64,000 nt of DNA from Lingula anatina (Eukaryota > Animalia > Brachiopoda): assembly GCA_051362555.1 (NCBI GenBank), contig CM120640.1, positions 29,040,503 to 29,104,502 on the forward strand, written 5' to 3'. Both the position numbers and the translations under genes were made by a program. Below the pieces are notes generated by a model. It was not told where the DNA came from and searched no databases. It was given only the letters and a program-made list of their open reading frames with translations. Each line of letters starts with the position of its first letter. Positions within the stretch are counted from its first letter, which is position 1. Shown piece after piece: positions 37,901 through 53,200 of the stretch.

Positions 37901-40900
37901 ATAATTATTTACCTCATTTATTGCTTGGGCAGATTCCTCTGTCCCCTGCGTACATAGTTTTTTGCAAAAGAAGGCCCTGCTCCAGGATCATCCTGCCACA
38001 CTCTGGGTCTTCCCCCTCCAGTAGGTCGATTAACACCTCTGTACACAGATCCACGGCCTCTGGCACCACATCCTCTACGTCCTCTGAGAGATCTGTCAAA
38101 CAATTTATGTTTGATTTTTGAGCAATCCTCTATATCCCTTGCCATTTTGGGAAGATCGTCTCCAAATAAAAATTTTTGGCTGTAAGTCAGCTCATGACTG
38201 CAGAGGTGAGCATATTCTCCGCTCAATTGCGTTTTCAAAAAATCTTTCCTTGTCATATTTATCTGCCTGTTCATATGTCCCATGAGTGCTAGGACATCGT
38301 TGCAGTTTTCGATCATGCTGCCAATATGATCACTCGTGTCCTTTTCTGGATTCCTTTCGTATAAGGCCATCTGGTTTACAGTTTTAACTAAAATGTTTGC
38401 ACCTTTAACCAAAGTATGTGCTATGTTTTGCATTTTCCTATCGTTTGCTTTGGTCCAACCTGGGACCTGGTCCCATATCAACTGGTTGGTTTTCACGACT
38501 TGCAGGTAATCACAGTTACCTGGCCTGTGGTTCTGTTTTATCAACTCGTTTAAATGTTGTTCGTCCAGGCCATTCATAAAAAGATCGTTCACAGTTTTGG
38601 CCAGCACATCATCCACGTTGTCGGCCATTTCCTCCGACATGTTAAACTTCTTGGCCATGTGCTTAAACAGGTTGTCTTCCGTGTCGGGAAGATACGAGTC
38701 CAACTTCCTTTTTTCACCCGATGTGCCTGCCTCCTCTGGCTCAACACATTCATTATCGACGTAAACTTCGTCGTCATACTGAGAATATTGCGCCTCCATA
38801 TTATCAATACAGCTGACGATGTTCTCTAACCTGCCGTCCTGAGCGTCCACAGAGGCTTTTAAAGATACCAGTAATGACATAATATTATCCTCTGACGAGG
38901 ATTTCTCCACAGACTTAGGGTTTTTGGAAGCCGACTTCCCTTTACCCTTCCTGCCATCACTCACGTGTTCAGGTCCATTTTTAGTAATGGTACTACATGT
39001 AGTTTCGTCCGCCATGACACCACGTGTCCAGAAGCAGACGACGAAACCTGACTGAAATTGCGCCAAATACCGTTGCAAACGGCAAGACCACTGTCTATAA
39101 CGATATAGCATGCACCACGTGCACAATAAAAATCACCCAAAACCACGTTTCAGTGAAAAAGATCAGCGCCACTAGACAAATTCGCCCTTCAACCAAGGAG
39201 TATTGCACCAAGACTCCTTGCTTCAACTAGCGTGCAACCTAAAGTGCCCTGCGCGCGCAACCGGATCTCAGTTAAGACCAACGAAATTCTTCTTACGAAA
39301 AAGAATTTGGTATACAATTCATACAGAAATATTATTGGAAATTAACTTACGGTAATTCTCCAATCTATACGAACGCTGCAATTATTACGAACGAAACGTT
39401 TTTTCTCTGAATCTGAATTTTTTGTCTCCGTTCTGTACGAACGATCGCTAAACTCACCTTGGGAACAATTTAAATTTTCCGAACGCAAGAAAGTGTGCCC
39501 AATTGAAACTCGCCCCATGATTCGTCAAAGCGAGTTTTCAGACCACCGTTCCAAACAAAGGAACTGCCACTTGACAGGAGAGATTGTTATCATGTATTTG
39601 TGCTGTTTTTAAATGAGATGATAGGAGGACTCAACCTGCCCGCCGGCAGCTGCAGGCCAGTTTAAAAACCCTATTGTTATTTAGAAATTATGAAAGAATC
39701 AGTACACATAAATTACTTACTGTTTATTATCATTTCTTAACTTCTGCTGGCCGACTGGATCATCAACATCCACCATCAGTGTTTCACCAATAACTGGTTT
39801 CCAGTAAAATCTATACACGTGAAACCCACGCACAACAGAAGAGTATGAGAAATCCATCGAGTTTTTCATTTGTTTTTGGTAGTCATCAGGAAATTAATTT
39901 TTTAAAGAGGAGTTCTGTCTTGTATTGTATTTATTTTTCTAATTTGAGTTGTGATAAAGTTCATGTTTTTCTTCTTTTCTTTTTCAGTTCTTCTGTATTT
40001 TTCCTAATTAAGTTTACATTGATTGCATGGAAATTAATATGCTGTAAGAGACTTTCATAAATAGACTCGAATTGAGCTGATGTTATTTTTTTATATCAAG
40101 TATAATCGTTTATTAATGTCAGTGATATCTACTGTGAGGAGTTTCAAGTATTTTGTTTTGGCGGAAGAAATTTATGTAGGCCTAATGTTGGGGGGGGGGG
40201 GACATTATTAATATTGCAAATTTTCTATATGTGAAATCATATTAAAAGTAAACACACAATAAATAAAATATGCAACTGGATACGAAAAAATTCTTGTCTG
40301 TTTTTGACAGAAGTTGGGAAAAACGATGTTGTCCTGTCTAGGTAGAAACAGTACAGGGAAAAACGATGTTGTCTTGTCTTGGGAGAAATGTACCTCTTTA
40401 GTATGAAGAAATTGTTTCTTAACTTGAATTCCCGACTTTTGTTTAGTTTGTTTTAATTCATTGCAATATCGCAAGAATAATTTGTTTGTGCTAAAAGTAA
40501 TGCTTACACTTAGCAATGTAGGTAAGTGGAGATAACTTCCAGTACAGCCGTATTCCATTTGTATTTCAATGGATACGAACGTGTGGCAATTTTTAGTAGA
40601 CTGAATTTCAAACCTTACAAACAAAATGATTATCTTCCAAAAATAATTAATTTAAATTGTTCGTATAGATCGGAGAATTACCGTAGATACAATGTACAAA
40701 GACAATAACTCTGCTAAATGTAACAACCTGTTCCTCGTTTGTCCATGGCCAGCAGGTGTCAGTAGTGTTGTAAAATCTTGGACCCACTGCTGAACTTTCT
40801 CCACAATCTTGATCTGATCTGGGGTTAACATGGTGGTCATGGCAAGAAAGTGCTTTTCAAGTCTGTTTATCAGTGGGATTGGAAACTTCTTGTAAACAAT

Positions 40901-41008
40901 TTGCTTTTCTGCTACCACAATCAATCTACAATGACAGGCATCAAAACAAAGTAAAAAAAAAAGATGAAGTATATTCTTGTGGAAAGTTTTAGAATTACGC
41001 ATCTTTAT

Positions 41009-41048
<40 letters not shown>

Positions 41049-44000
41049 CATCTTAATATAACTATTTTACACACACCTTAAAAAAAACTAAAGAGTGAAC
41101 TCAAAACAATATCCAATCCAATCACCAAACCAAGTGAATAACTATTATTTGGAGTTCTCTTGAGCATGATATGTGACTTAAAAAAATAATTTGACAGAAC
41201 AGGGATAACTGAAATATCTGCTTATTAGACAAAATGATAAAACACATTTTCATAAAAATTATTGGCAAGTCAACTGTTACACTGGTATTAAAAGGCTGTA
41301 CCTGAAGTCCTTGTGTACTCTACACTTGACTCTGTGGGTTCCTAATCCAAGATCCACAAATCTCTGACCTCCCATGTAAACATAATACTGGGAAAAATAA
41401 ATCTGATTATTACTTTACAGAATAATAAGATCTGACTGAAAACTTTAAGTATATAAAAATACTCAGTCATTAGGCAAGGATATATTATCTGCCAGCAAAC
41501 ATAAAACAAATGTTAAAAATAGTCATCAAAAAGTCTATCAAATTGCAATGAAGTTGTATAGGAATAGATGTCAGCACTTCAGAATTTAAATGCATACCTG
41601 ATTCAGTGCATCATAAAGGCTTTCATACAAATTCTCCAAGTTGAGGAGAACTACAGACCTCCCTGTTTCCATGCAAACCTTGATGCGGTTGATGTTCCTG
41701 CACACCTAAACACAAACAATTGTATTATATGTATTATTATAATATGATTACATCTACACAGAGATACACAAGACTTGTATACTATTCATCTTATACACTA
41801 TATTCATTTTTGTATGACCTTGTCAGCTAAAACTACATATCAAAGATATTACAGATGTACACAAATATTGTGACTTTATGACTTAATTGAGGAACTATGA
41901 ACATATTTATTATGAACATCTTATTTTCAATTATATATTTAATGTAATTGACCAAATATCTACCTGTGTGTATTCTTGGTCTTTTGGAAAACTGCTTCCG
42001 AATATGATGATAGTGTCTTTCACATTCAGGAGATGATGTTGTAGAATACTAAGAGCAGCATAGTTCTCTGTCAAGATGAGCAAGTACCTACTCTCGCTAA
42101 AAATGAAACTTAAAACATGCATCCATTTCTAATTAGATAATACTTCACACATCTATCAAAATGGCTTTAAAAAAGCAATATATGTGCTACATTTCTTTTT
42201 ATCTCTCCTCAGGGCAAGATTTTTATGTACACTATGTAAAAACCAACTGCAAGCACATGTCAATTTATGAAGATTGATTCAGAATCAGTTTTACCTGTCC
42301 CCTATGCGTCCAGTGAGACTTGCACGGATAAGGCCAGAAGGAGAGTTGTCTGGATCATCTGGTCCAACCTAGGAAGAAGCATGAGCCAATTAGTTTAAGC
42401 AGAGTAAAAAAAAAAAAAAAAACTGATGCAAATACATCTACAAAATCATGCAAGCAGTAAACCTATATAAGTACAGTGACCTTCAATAATTCTCCATGCA
42501 TCAGTCTTCACCAGACATAAAATATGCTTTACTAAGCTGCTTATGAGCTATACATAAGATACTGAGTAACATTTTACCAAACTAAACATTAATTTATTAA
42601 AAGATAGCGTGTATTGCTCCTTACTGGTTCATTCTTGTTGACAGAAGGCAGTAAAGCAGCAAATTCTTCTTCTGGTTTGACAGTATCTAGGCCTCCAAAG
42701 TTCCTCTTTATGGCATGTTTTAATTGATGCCACGATGGGTGTTTTTTTGTGTCAGCAGCAAATGCATAAACCATCTTAACCAGACTGAAAAATTATAGAA
42801 CCAGAGAAAACATTACAGCAAAAATCTGAAAATCCCATTTTAAAAGCATTATCAAATCCCACTGACAGTTTTGAAATAGTAATAAAAGTCATTGTGATGT
42901 CCGATTTTTTCTTACAAGCTATAGTCTCAAATAACATGCAATGGCAGACATGAACTTAATTTAAAGTACTACGTCATAATACCAACCTGTAGAAATCTCT
43001 TAGTCCAAAGAATTCTCTCATTGTTGATGTTGACCTTTCATACAATGTCAAGTATGCATTTGACATGGGAGAAATGTATGGTTCAATCCAATTCTGCACC
43101 AGCTCATCCGAAGAACAGATGTCCCTACAATTATCAACAAAACATTTAAGGACGCTTTCTCATATTTCATATTTCTGCCCTAGTGATTTTGATTAAAATT
43201 TTAAGACAAAATCTTCTTACCATATGAGTAAAAAATATGAAAAAAAAATTGGGGGTACTCCAGCTCGTTTTTGACAGGTGGCATCCCGAAAAACGCTACG
43301 TTTATTACATTGCCTTATATGGGGATTTTTCCAAAATGCCCTTAATTTTGCTGAAAAATGCAAAAATAAAAAATTCTACCCTAGCGATTTTAATTTTATG
43401 TGGATATGTTATAGATCTTGGTAGACCTCAAAGAAATTTACAGAAAAATATGTACCACACCATGCTTGATGCAAATGCTGATATATATTAACCACGACAT
43501 CTTGATTTTCCCCCTAAACATGAAGAAATTATTTTTATAAACTATGTATTATATAAAATTTGCTAAAGGTTGAACACAAGATTTTGTTAATTGAATGGGA
43601 TGAAATAAAAAAATCAAATAACAGGGATCTTCCTGGGTCAAAATCTGGCTGGGCCATTTTTAAAAAATGTGTGCCGTGAATTTTTTTGTGATAATTCATT
43701 ATGTTTCAATATAATTTTTTTTTATTTTAATCTTGATCATATTAAGATTAGAAACACTGAAAAAAGGCTTGGTGCTACTACTCTTATTGCACGGCCCAGG
43801 ATTATGAGATCAAAGGATTTTCTGCTCTTTATTATTGCATACATCAACTAAATTTCTTGAATCAAGACAATATTCTAATACATTATGGGCTGAATAATTT
43901 CTGTTAAGTAATTTACAAACTAAATTGGTAATGATTGGGTAAATTTGGATAAAGTTGGAATAAAGTATAATTTATCTTCTAAAATATACTGTTTATTTTC

Positions 44001-44209
44001 CCAGCATAAAAAGTATTACATGTATTTGCATAAAAAACTTTGGTCCTCTGTTGTGTGTTTTATGGTTTTGTCCATTTGCACTTTAACAAAACCATTACAA
44101 GAATGACATCCCAACACGCCAGATGAGTGCACACCTACAGTATTGCATCTTTCCAGGAGAGCTAAAAATCGCACTGTTTACAGGTCATATTGTTCAATAA
44201 CATACTTAA

Positions 44210-44250
<41 letters not shown>

Positions 44251-47200
44251 ATGAATCTTATTATTTAAACTAATTGTGAGAGAAAAGAGAATTGTTTTCA
44301 GCATTCAAATCACCTCAACCTGGGTGATCGGGAACCAATGCTGAAGAAGACAATGTCTTGCTACACACATCGTAACCATATGACAAATCTAACCAATACA
44401 CTTTGTGGTCAAAATTCAAGCCCTTGTGAATGTTTTCTGTGAGATAAGATCATGTCACTGCTATACAAGCCTTACTAAAACGCTCTATTCAATCCCTTCT
44501 TCACGTAATTTCGTACATTGCGGCATTAGTAAACAAAGTCGCAAGTGGGTACTTATGTCGTAAAAGACCAAGCGTTCACTGATACGCAACGCACTGTTGA
44601 CATATTCGTAGCGATTCGACCAAAATAACATCAAATATTTCATACAGATTTCTTAAAAGGATGAATTACGTAATCTATTGCATGGTATATTTTCATAATT
44701 AGCCGCTATCGCAAAAAAAAAACTACTCATGCGCGAAATCTGAGCATTAAAATTAATTTTAAGTGACGGTTTTTCAGTTAAAAGACTGGTTAATATACAA
44801 AAAGGTATTCAACAGCAAAAAAGTAAAAACTACAAACCAAACTTGTAACAAGCAACCCTTGGTAAGGACATTGTCAAAGTGAACTTGTCACCTCCAGCTG
44901 GTCAACTTTTTGAAGAAAACGCTATATCACTTCAATAATAAATTTTTATTTTGTAATTTACTATGACGTCTTGAGTTCTTGACCCATACCTGGCAGTTTG
45001 AGTCAACTCCATGTCATCAGGGACCCCTCTTTGCACAAGTATTCCTCTGTTCATCTTAGCAGGATCCAAAGCCCAGTTGGAAATCCCAATAAAGGCCACT
45101 TTTTTGTAGGGTTCAGGCTTATCATCGCCATCTGAACCATCCTCTAACAAAGGGTGCAATGTCTACAAAATGTAGCAGAAAAATAATCTTTAAATATTTA
45201 AAAAATAATTAATTAATTTGTTAATATTCTTCCAACAAAGTTTCAACAAAACTGTAAAATAAAAAAACTGTAAAATCAAAACTGTAAAAACTGCATCATC
45301 AACACTGTAAAAACAAATACAAATAACCTTAAGGGGCATCCTTGGAGAATCTTCAGCTAAGCCAACTTCATCCAAGACTACCACAGAGACAAACTCATCT
45401 AGGTTTTTGTCTTTCTGGAAATGGGCACACTGACGGAAGGTTCCCACAATGCCCTCTGGTGTGGCAAGGGGGCTGCATTGGAATGAGCCCATACGGACCT
45501 TTGAAAATATAAATTTATAATCAATACATTTTTAAAAAATAAAATGCATCTTTTATCTGTTTCCACTTTTCATCAATTCTGCCACAAATTATATCACAAA
45601 TATGTGAAGTATATATTGATTAACATCACTATGCTTCATTTAAGAAATATGGACTGTTACTCTTAATTATCCTATGGTGCATCTAGTAAAATGTAAAAGT
45701 AATCCAGCATCAGGTATTGTCTCAAAGCAATTGTTCCTATTTTGGCTTTTTTAATAAATGAATTTTTATTGTTTTGTTACAAAATGTAGAAATTTAGCAA
45801 TAACACTACCTGCTTAAAGCTTTTGAATAGTTCTGAATGTGCTGAAGCTCCCTGCATGGCATCAGAGACTATTGTTTTAGCAAGAGACTTGGAACTCCCA
45901 GGTTTGCCAACAAGAAACAGTGGGATTCTCAGCTCTATGCACACCACCATCATAAACACATTCTCTTTCAGAGCTTGGTTCCTGGCAATGTTATCACCCA
46001 GCTGAACTTGATCCAAGAAAACATCCTGGCATCTAGACAGCACACCAAATATGATGTTATTATGATGTTCTGCACAATCTCAGATTTTTTAACCAAATGA
46101 ACATTGAATCAATTTTACCACATGTAGCATATAAATGAGAACAGTTTTTAAGTATCATTACATCCAATTGTGAACCAGTTTTGACTTAAGCTTTCACAAT
46201 AGTACACCTAGACATTTTCAAGTTTCTATAACATCCTTCATCATCAAAATACATCTGAACAAACAAAACTAAACATTCCTCACTCTTCTATTTACCTTAA
46301 AAACCTACCTGACAATTTCTTCTTTGATAGTTGTGGCCCCATCAGGCAGACTGCAGGGAGCTGTGAACACCTGTGCAATCTCATCACGGTATTCTTTTCT
46401 CTTCTGTAGACAGGCATGATAGCACACACCAAGAGCAAGCAGCAGACTTCTGGTGACGCCATCTGGGGGCTGCAATAGTTTTTGTTATGTCCTAATACAT
46501 TTATGTACAGATATTGCACACATGTCAATACCTGTGCAGAGAATCTTTTAGCAATCACTACAGGTGATAAATCAACATAATCAATATCCTCAATCCCGAG
46601 TATTTCACGATTCATTAATGAGATAAATGGCATATACAATAATAAGGTTGATTTATATTTAGTCAGTTTAGGCTGACTTCATCATTTAACGTATAATAAT
46701 TGACCAAACTACCAATTCTCTGGCTAGAAATTTTCAGAACAAAAAGCCAACTGAATTGTTAAAAATCAATAAATACAATTTGATATTAAAAGAAAAAGCA
46801 AATCAACATACATCATATGTAATTTCTGTGACATCTTCTTGTCCTCTGTATTTTTCTTGCAGGTCTCTCTCTGCCCTCTCATCCATAAGATCCCACAAGT
46901 GATTACCATGTGAATAGAACCATGTCATCACATTCATGACTCTCTCAATGTCACGAAGACTAACAAAACTGCACTCATCCTAGAAGAACATGCTTCATTT
47001 ACTGTATACATATGAGAGAGAGAGAGAGAATGAGAGAGAAAAAGAGGGAGAAGTCTCTGACAAACAGCTATTTTGCACAGTATTTCACTTTTATCCGAAT
47101 TTTAGTATTTCACTTTTATCCGAACTTTGAAGTATGTACAGCAATTTCATTAATTGAGAGTTTTGGCAAGGCCTTCCGTACGACGTATAACGTGCGATGT

Positions 47201-50200
47201 CATCACTTTGTGCGTAGTTTTTCTCAAGGACAAGTCATAAGTCATACGGCACTACGTATGAATCGGTGATTACACGTAGGTAAGAAACGTATCAAATTTA
47301 ATAGATTTACGCTTATTTCTTTCAAGTTTAACATACTGCAGAGGAATATATAGGGTGTTAAGATTCCACTGAATCACTTTTAGACGCTGTCGGTAGAAAT
47401 ACTCTGTGAAAACAGCTGGAAAAACAGCCAGTCAATCAGTCGTCCGTAGTAGCATCAAATTCAATTTAAGTTGATTTTTTTTCATAAACAACAGGATCTG
47501 CGGCATCAATTGACGTAAATAACACATTCCATTCAACATCTTAATTATTCATGTATCTAAAAAGAATCCAAATATTATAATATTTATATATAATATAAAT
47601 AAAAATAATATTAAAAAACCGCATAAGGAGTGAGACCTGCCAAAACCACTGCTAGCTTTCTCGCGTACGTAAAACGTATTACGTATTGACTATACGTTAC
47701 ACGTCATACGGAAGGCCTTGCCAAAACTCTCTAATGTTAAAAATAATATTAAGTCATGCAAACCTCCTGCTCTCTCATGAACTTCTGTGAGGCGGCCAAA
47801 ACTGCGCTGATTGTCCTTTGCAGCCCAGGAAGATTGGGTAGTGGGTTACTGTTCAGCTGCAATACAGGTCCAAATGAGAAGATGAAAATACGTAAAAATT
47901 GCATAAATTGAATCGTATCACAGATCCAATAGTCACTGAACAGAATATTTCTTTGACTATTTGTTGATCACATTTTGCTTTGGTTGTAAATAATGGCAAC
48001 ACCCTTATGCGACAGTGATCCTTTTTAGAGTAAATAATGAAGACAAATAAGAAGAAAACAAAAGAAGAATTGACTTAAGAAGAAAACAAATAAAGAATTG
48101 ACTTACATATCTTTGTACAATCTGTCTGATGTACAATTCTTCTACCTCAGCACTAAGCTGCCCAAAGTCCCAAACCAATGGCAGCATACTTTGTGGCAAT
48201 GCTTGAACTCTGTAGACAAGTTGTCTCATGGGCACATGGCCTGAAGAAAGAGCACAGCAACTGAATTATAGCAAAGGCATACTTAAGGGTGTACACAGTG
48301 TCATGGTATAATTACTGTCACAAGAACACTCCATAAATGTATGTCTTTTAAATAACATGCACCCCAATTACTGTAAATAATAAACTTTATTACTCCAAAA
48401 TCACTATATTTAATTGGACTAAAATGGAATCTCTTCATTTTAATTTTCAAATTAATAACTGTTAATACTTACCTAGTTTGTCTTTGGTGTTTTCTGCTTC
48501 TATGTGATAACCTAGCCCAGACTGTTCTAATCTTCTGATCATGTCTGTTGAATGCCTGTAATGAGTTCAAAATATAAACTTATTATGAATCATAATGAAT
48601 ATATAAGTATATTATTACTCATTAAAGTACTGATAAATTATTTGTTCTTTAATAAGCAGTAGGTAATCAAAATATCTTTAAAGTTAAAAATTGTGTCAGG
48701 GTTAATCAATTCTGATTTTACATTGTTTCTCAAATGATCAAAAATGCAGTTTTAGATTCTAAATATGGTGGCACCAGAAATAGCAAATCTGATACTTTTC
48801 TACAAGCATACCTTCTATAAGGATTGCAAGCAGCAATGATCTTCAGGCCATTTTTATTCAGTGGAAGTTGTTTACCACTCAGGGTTCCATCACACATCAC
48901 TTCTTTGATCAACCCTATAGCCTCAGTGGTGTTAGCTTCATCAAAAAACAGAACTGTGTGGATAGGGTATGAGGAGCATCTATTGTTTTCTTGCGCTATC
49001 TTCATAGCTTGTGTGACTTTCTTTGCTATGTCTGTGTGAGTGGTCCCTCCATGCACCTTTTGTTAAAACATATTATGAAAATGTCTTCATAAGCAATAAA
49101 TGGCTTCTAATTCCACAACAAAACAAATAAGCAATTTAATAATTTGACAGTAAAAATTCTTATTAAAATCAACTAAAAAGCATAAAAAACCCATGAACTG
49201 AAAATGCTGGACATTTAATCACACTGGACAAAAGCAAGCAGATTCTACTGAAAGGGGAGTTGAAAATTATTACTGTTCACCAAAAAAGCTTCCAAATGAA
49301 AGAACTGTAACAAGACTTTACAATTTGCTATATATAACTATAAGGTGATACAACTGTACCAAAATTTACTTATAAAAGATACATATCATACCTATTATTT
49401 ATTTATTTTTTATTAACCAAAGAGGATCAAGATAAATGACACTTAGGCATGAAGGAAATCAGAGAAAGTCTTCTTACCTTCATCAAGATCATGTTCTGTA
49501 TATCTGTGCCCACGGGTTTCTGTAGATCGCATAAAAATTTGATCAACCTGGTCTTCCCGCACCCAGTCTCCCCCATTATCACAACTGGGATACCACATCT
49601 GGAATGAAATATTGGACAGTCTTTAAATTAAAAAAATTCTCATTCATAAAGAAGAAAATTACTATGATCACATGTACAATCGCAAATGAAATAAAACATT
49701 TTGTAGTTTTACTACCTGTTATAGAATGCTTGTTGGGTTAGAGTTATTGTAAAAATGTACTGAAACTAAAAAATGGAAAAAATTGCAATCTTCTAACATA
49801 ATACAAGTCTAACTTCTCTTTGCATATCACAATAAAGGACATGTTTTCAACCTCTTTCACTTATAATCTAGATAACACAGCAGATCTAATTATTGAGTCT
49901 CTATGAAACTTGATTTACAAAAAATAACTTCTGGGGGCAATATTTTTCATCCAATTATTAGGTTTGCAAAATTAATAGAATTTCAAGGACTTATACCTGA
50001 ATCTCATGTGAATGGCCAGCATCTTTTTTACATTGTCTGTTGTCAGTTCATAAGTAGTATCTGGATCATGGATGTTTTCCTGGAGGCCCATCACACTGCA
50101 TAACTTTATTATCTTCTGCAGCCTATTCATTTAATTGGTAAAAAATTTAAGGATGCTGTAATCCTTTATCATACAAATACCAAAAATGAGTTTTTTCCCC

Positions 50201-53200
50201 ACATCTAACTATTCAATAATGCATTAATGCGGCAAAAGAGAAATCTAAGAAACAGATTTTTGTTTTTTTACCCCAAAATTGTAATTATGACATCACCTGT
50301 AAAATGACATATGTCTAAATGTTAATGAATGTAGTCACCGAACACTGAAGATTTATTTATTACCCAAAAGATTGTGTGTAATGCAGTAAATAAGGAATTT
50401 TGGGGGAAGGGTGACAATATCCTTAACAAATTCAAATTCTGTTTCAACTAATAAATATGCAGCCCTGAGAAATAAAAAAAGGATTGTTCCTTTTCATAAG
50501 CCTTAACTTTACAGGACATTAAAATACATTTTCTTTTACACAAATAACACTGCAGTTGACTTAAAACATACCTGGGCAAATTGTCAAAGTTTTCATTCAG
50601 GGGCACTCTATTTGCCATGAGAGCATCTTTCAACTGAGCTGGCATGACTCCTCGTTCGATGATTTGGTTTGTCTGATTGTCAACAATGTCTCCATTTTGA
50701 TTGATATTGAACCCCATGAATGTCATGGAGTGACCATCAGCATTGAAAAAGGTGTATGGATGAGAACTGAAAGATACATATAGCTCTTGCTTAACATGTA
50801 TGGTTTTTCACTGGACAACTACTTGTCATAAGAACTCATCACAAATTTCGATAATATAACATCACTGAGCATAATGTTTGACTTTGTTACATGTACTTAT
50901 TATGCAGAGAAAAAAGTTTTTGAAGAGTACAATTTCTGCTTCAGAAAACAATCCCAAACCTGAGTTCCCATCTCCGCTTCAGCTGGAAACGAGCCAACAC
51001 ATCTTCTTCTTCTTCCTCTGCTAACCACATCTACATTTAGCAAATACACATCACTTCAATATTATAGCAATCTCAGGCAGTTTTTTATAACCGTTAGATC
51101 TATAATGTTGGACTATGCCACTATTACAGCTCATCTGTGCATCAGAGGTCTGTTAATTATGGTTTCTTTTACTGTTTGGAGTTGTTTTATATAATTTAAA
51201 AAATCCAACATGGGCGTCAACAGCCAGAGAAATGTTTTTACTTAAATTTGTTGTTTTTGGCTTTCCCTTGAGAAGTACCTGATGTCCTGGTGTCTGTTCT
51301 GATATATCCAATGACCTTGTAGCAAAGTCCCTTGACATCTGTATCATAAATCTAACTACAAACTGAAGAAATCCTGGGAGGTCTCCTGATGCAGCTGCAC
51401 TACAGAAATTTGAATTTTCACAATCTTGGAGTTGGGTATTCAAAAACCATACAAAATGCCGTAATTCAGCCCAGGATGGGTCCTCAATTCCACAGTATCT
51501 GTAAAAAATAAAAATATAATAATAAAAGAAACAAAAACAACAAATTAATTTAAAAATACAGCATGAAATATGACATCTAGGATGGCTAGTCAATTCAAAC
51601 ACTTTCATCAACAAATCAAGGAAACACCACTTTTAAAAACGGCTCACAAAAAATCCATCTGTCATCCTTTAAAAGAACTTCCATCAAGTATATGACTTTG
51701 TTACAAAAATTCGCTTGTGAAAATTCAAATGTATGTTGGTACCTCAGGAGCACCTGAAGGCACTCAGCATGAGTTTTCTCTGGTGTGCGAGGATTAACAC
51801 CTCCCAGACCTTGCCCCTGCATCATTCTGTGTAGATACTGGAATGGTCTTTGGAATATGACACTGCGGAACTCTGTATCATCCATCAATTTATCATGTGC
51901 AGAACAGTCTGAAATTATTTACAAAAGCAGACACTTTGACAAAACTTAAATCCAGAATTATTGACCAACACACTGACTAGGCAAAATAAGACTTATTATT
52001 ATTTTAATTACTAATACGAATCATGCAACAACCACATGATTATCTAAACATAAAAATCAATTGTTGACTTATTATGACTAATGTGAATCATGCAACAACT
52101 TCATGATTATCTGAAATAAAAAAAAATTAATTGTTGACTTTTAAGCCTTTGATTCACCAGAAAAATCAATTTTACACCTGTTGATCAACAATTTACAACC
52201 AATGCATTAAACACAAATGAGACTGCAAATGAGACATTTGCTATAAAACTTATTTCAATACAAATGGTCAGTACCGTGTGGTTTCCTCCTATCATTGATG
52301 AGAATGTACAAACTTTCCTTGGGTGATCTACACTTGACACTGGGCAAGAGTGTCAAGATGTGGTGAACAAACTGAACTGAAGGCTGCACATGTCCTCTCT
52401 GGAGCACAAACAAAAGAAAGCTAGGCCTGAGGGAAATTTTTCTTTGCAAGTAAATGCCATTAAACTGTCTTAACATCAATATGCAGCAGTAATGTAGTAG
52501 CTCTTATTCTTAAACTTTATATCTAACAAGTCTTTGTTGGTCTTAACTGCAGTTGTGAAGTCTTACTATATGTACTAAACAACAGCTGCATGTAACAAAG
52601 GAACTGGAGATTATGATCAGATAATTAAGTACTGTCTTCTACCTGCCCCTTTTCACCTTGAAAATACGTGAACAGGTCACACTAATTCCAGAATGCATGT
52701 CCACGTAAATAAAGAAACAAAATACTTTTAAAGAACTGTGAAAAACAAGCGCCTCACCTGATGATGAACCTCTTGTTTCATCATGAGTGGCAATGTTTCA
52801 ATGACGTACAAGTCCCAAGGGGATTTTCTCCATATGTACCCCTTTTCATCCACCAGAGCTCCCAGAACTAACAGGTTGAAAAGTAGGTTGTCTACACCTT
52901 CTTGTACCTGTCAGACATATCATGGAAAAATTTTAGAGGAAAAAAAATAATAAATGGAAAATTAAACCAGACTTTCATCAAAATACTTTGTGAATACAGA
53001 TATATGTATCACAGGGATATCAAAAGGCAATATATTATTATTATTATGCACTGTGTGTATTATCAGAATAAGAAAACCTGCATAATATGCTATTTTATTT
53101 TCAAAATAAAATATCAATTAATCAAACATAGGACTTACTTCATGTGCAATGTCAAGGTGAAAAAGTCTGGGGATTGTCTGGCCTGGGGTTGGGGTATAAT

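Larger units (their letters stand above)
26345..39308 (-). mobile_element. DIRS1-type tyrosine recombinase retrotransposon, full length, interrupted by an Academ insertion
   Basis: ORF order gag, RT-RNaseH-methyltransferase, tyrosine recombinase. Inverted terminal core 26420-26455 vs 39241-39276. The internal complementary region 26568-26694 has a first part that is the reverse complement of 26345-26427 and a second part that is the reverse complement of ~39266-39308. No clear target duplication. Confidence 0.95.

Noticed and set aside
43146-44930. Enlarged intron with CpG-richer patches and a long poly(A) run at ~44212-44249
   Set aside because: Probably repeat-derived, but I found no matching TIRs, TSD or coding remnant, so it cannot be classified.
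52643-52656. Apparent 14-nt microexon (ttttcaag|GTGAAAAGGGGCAG|gtag)
   Set aside because: It would break the frame, and the flanking exons already join in phase 0.
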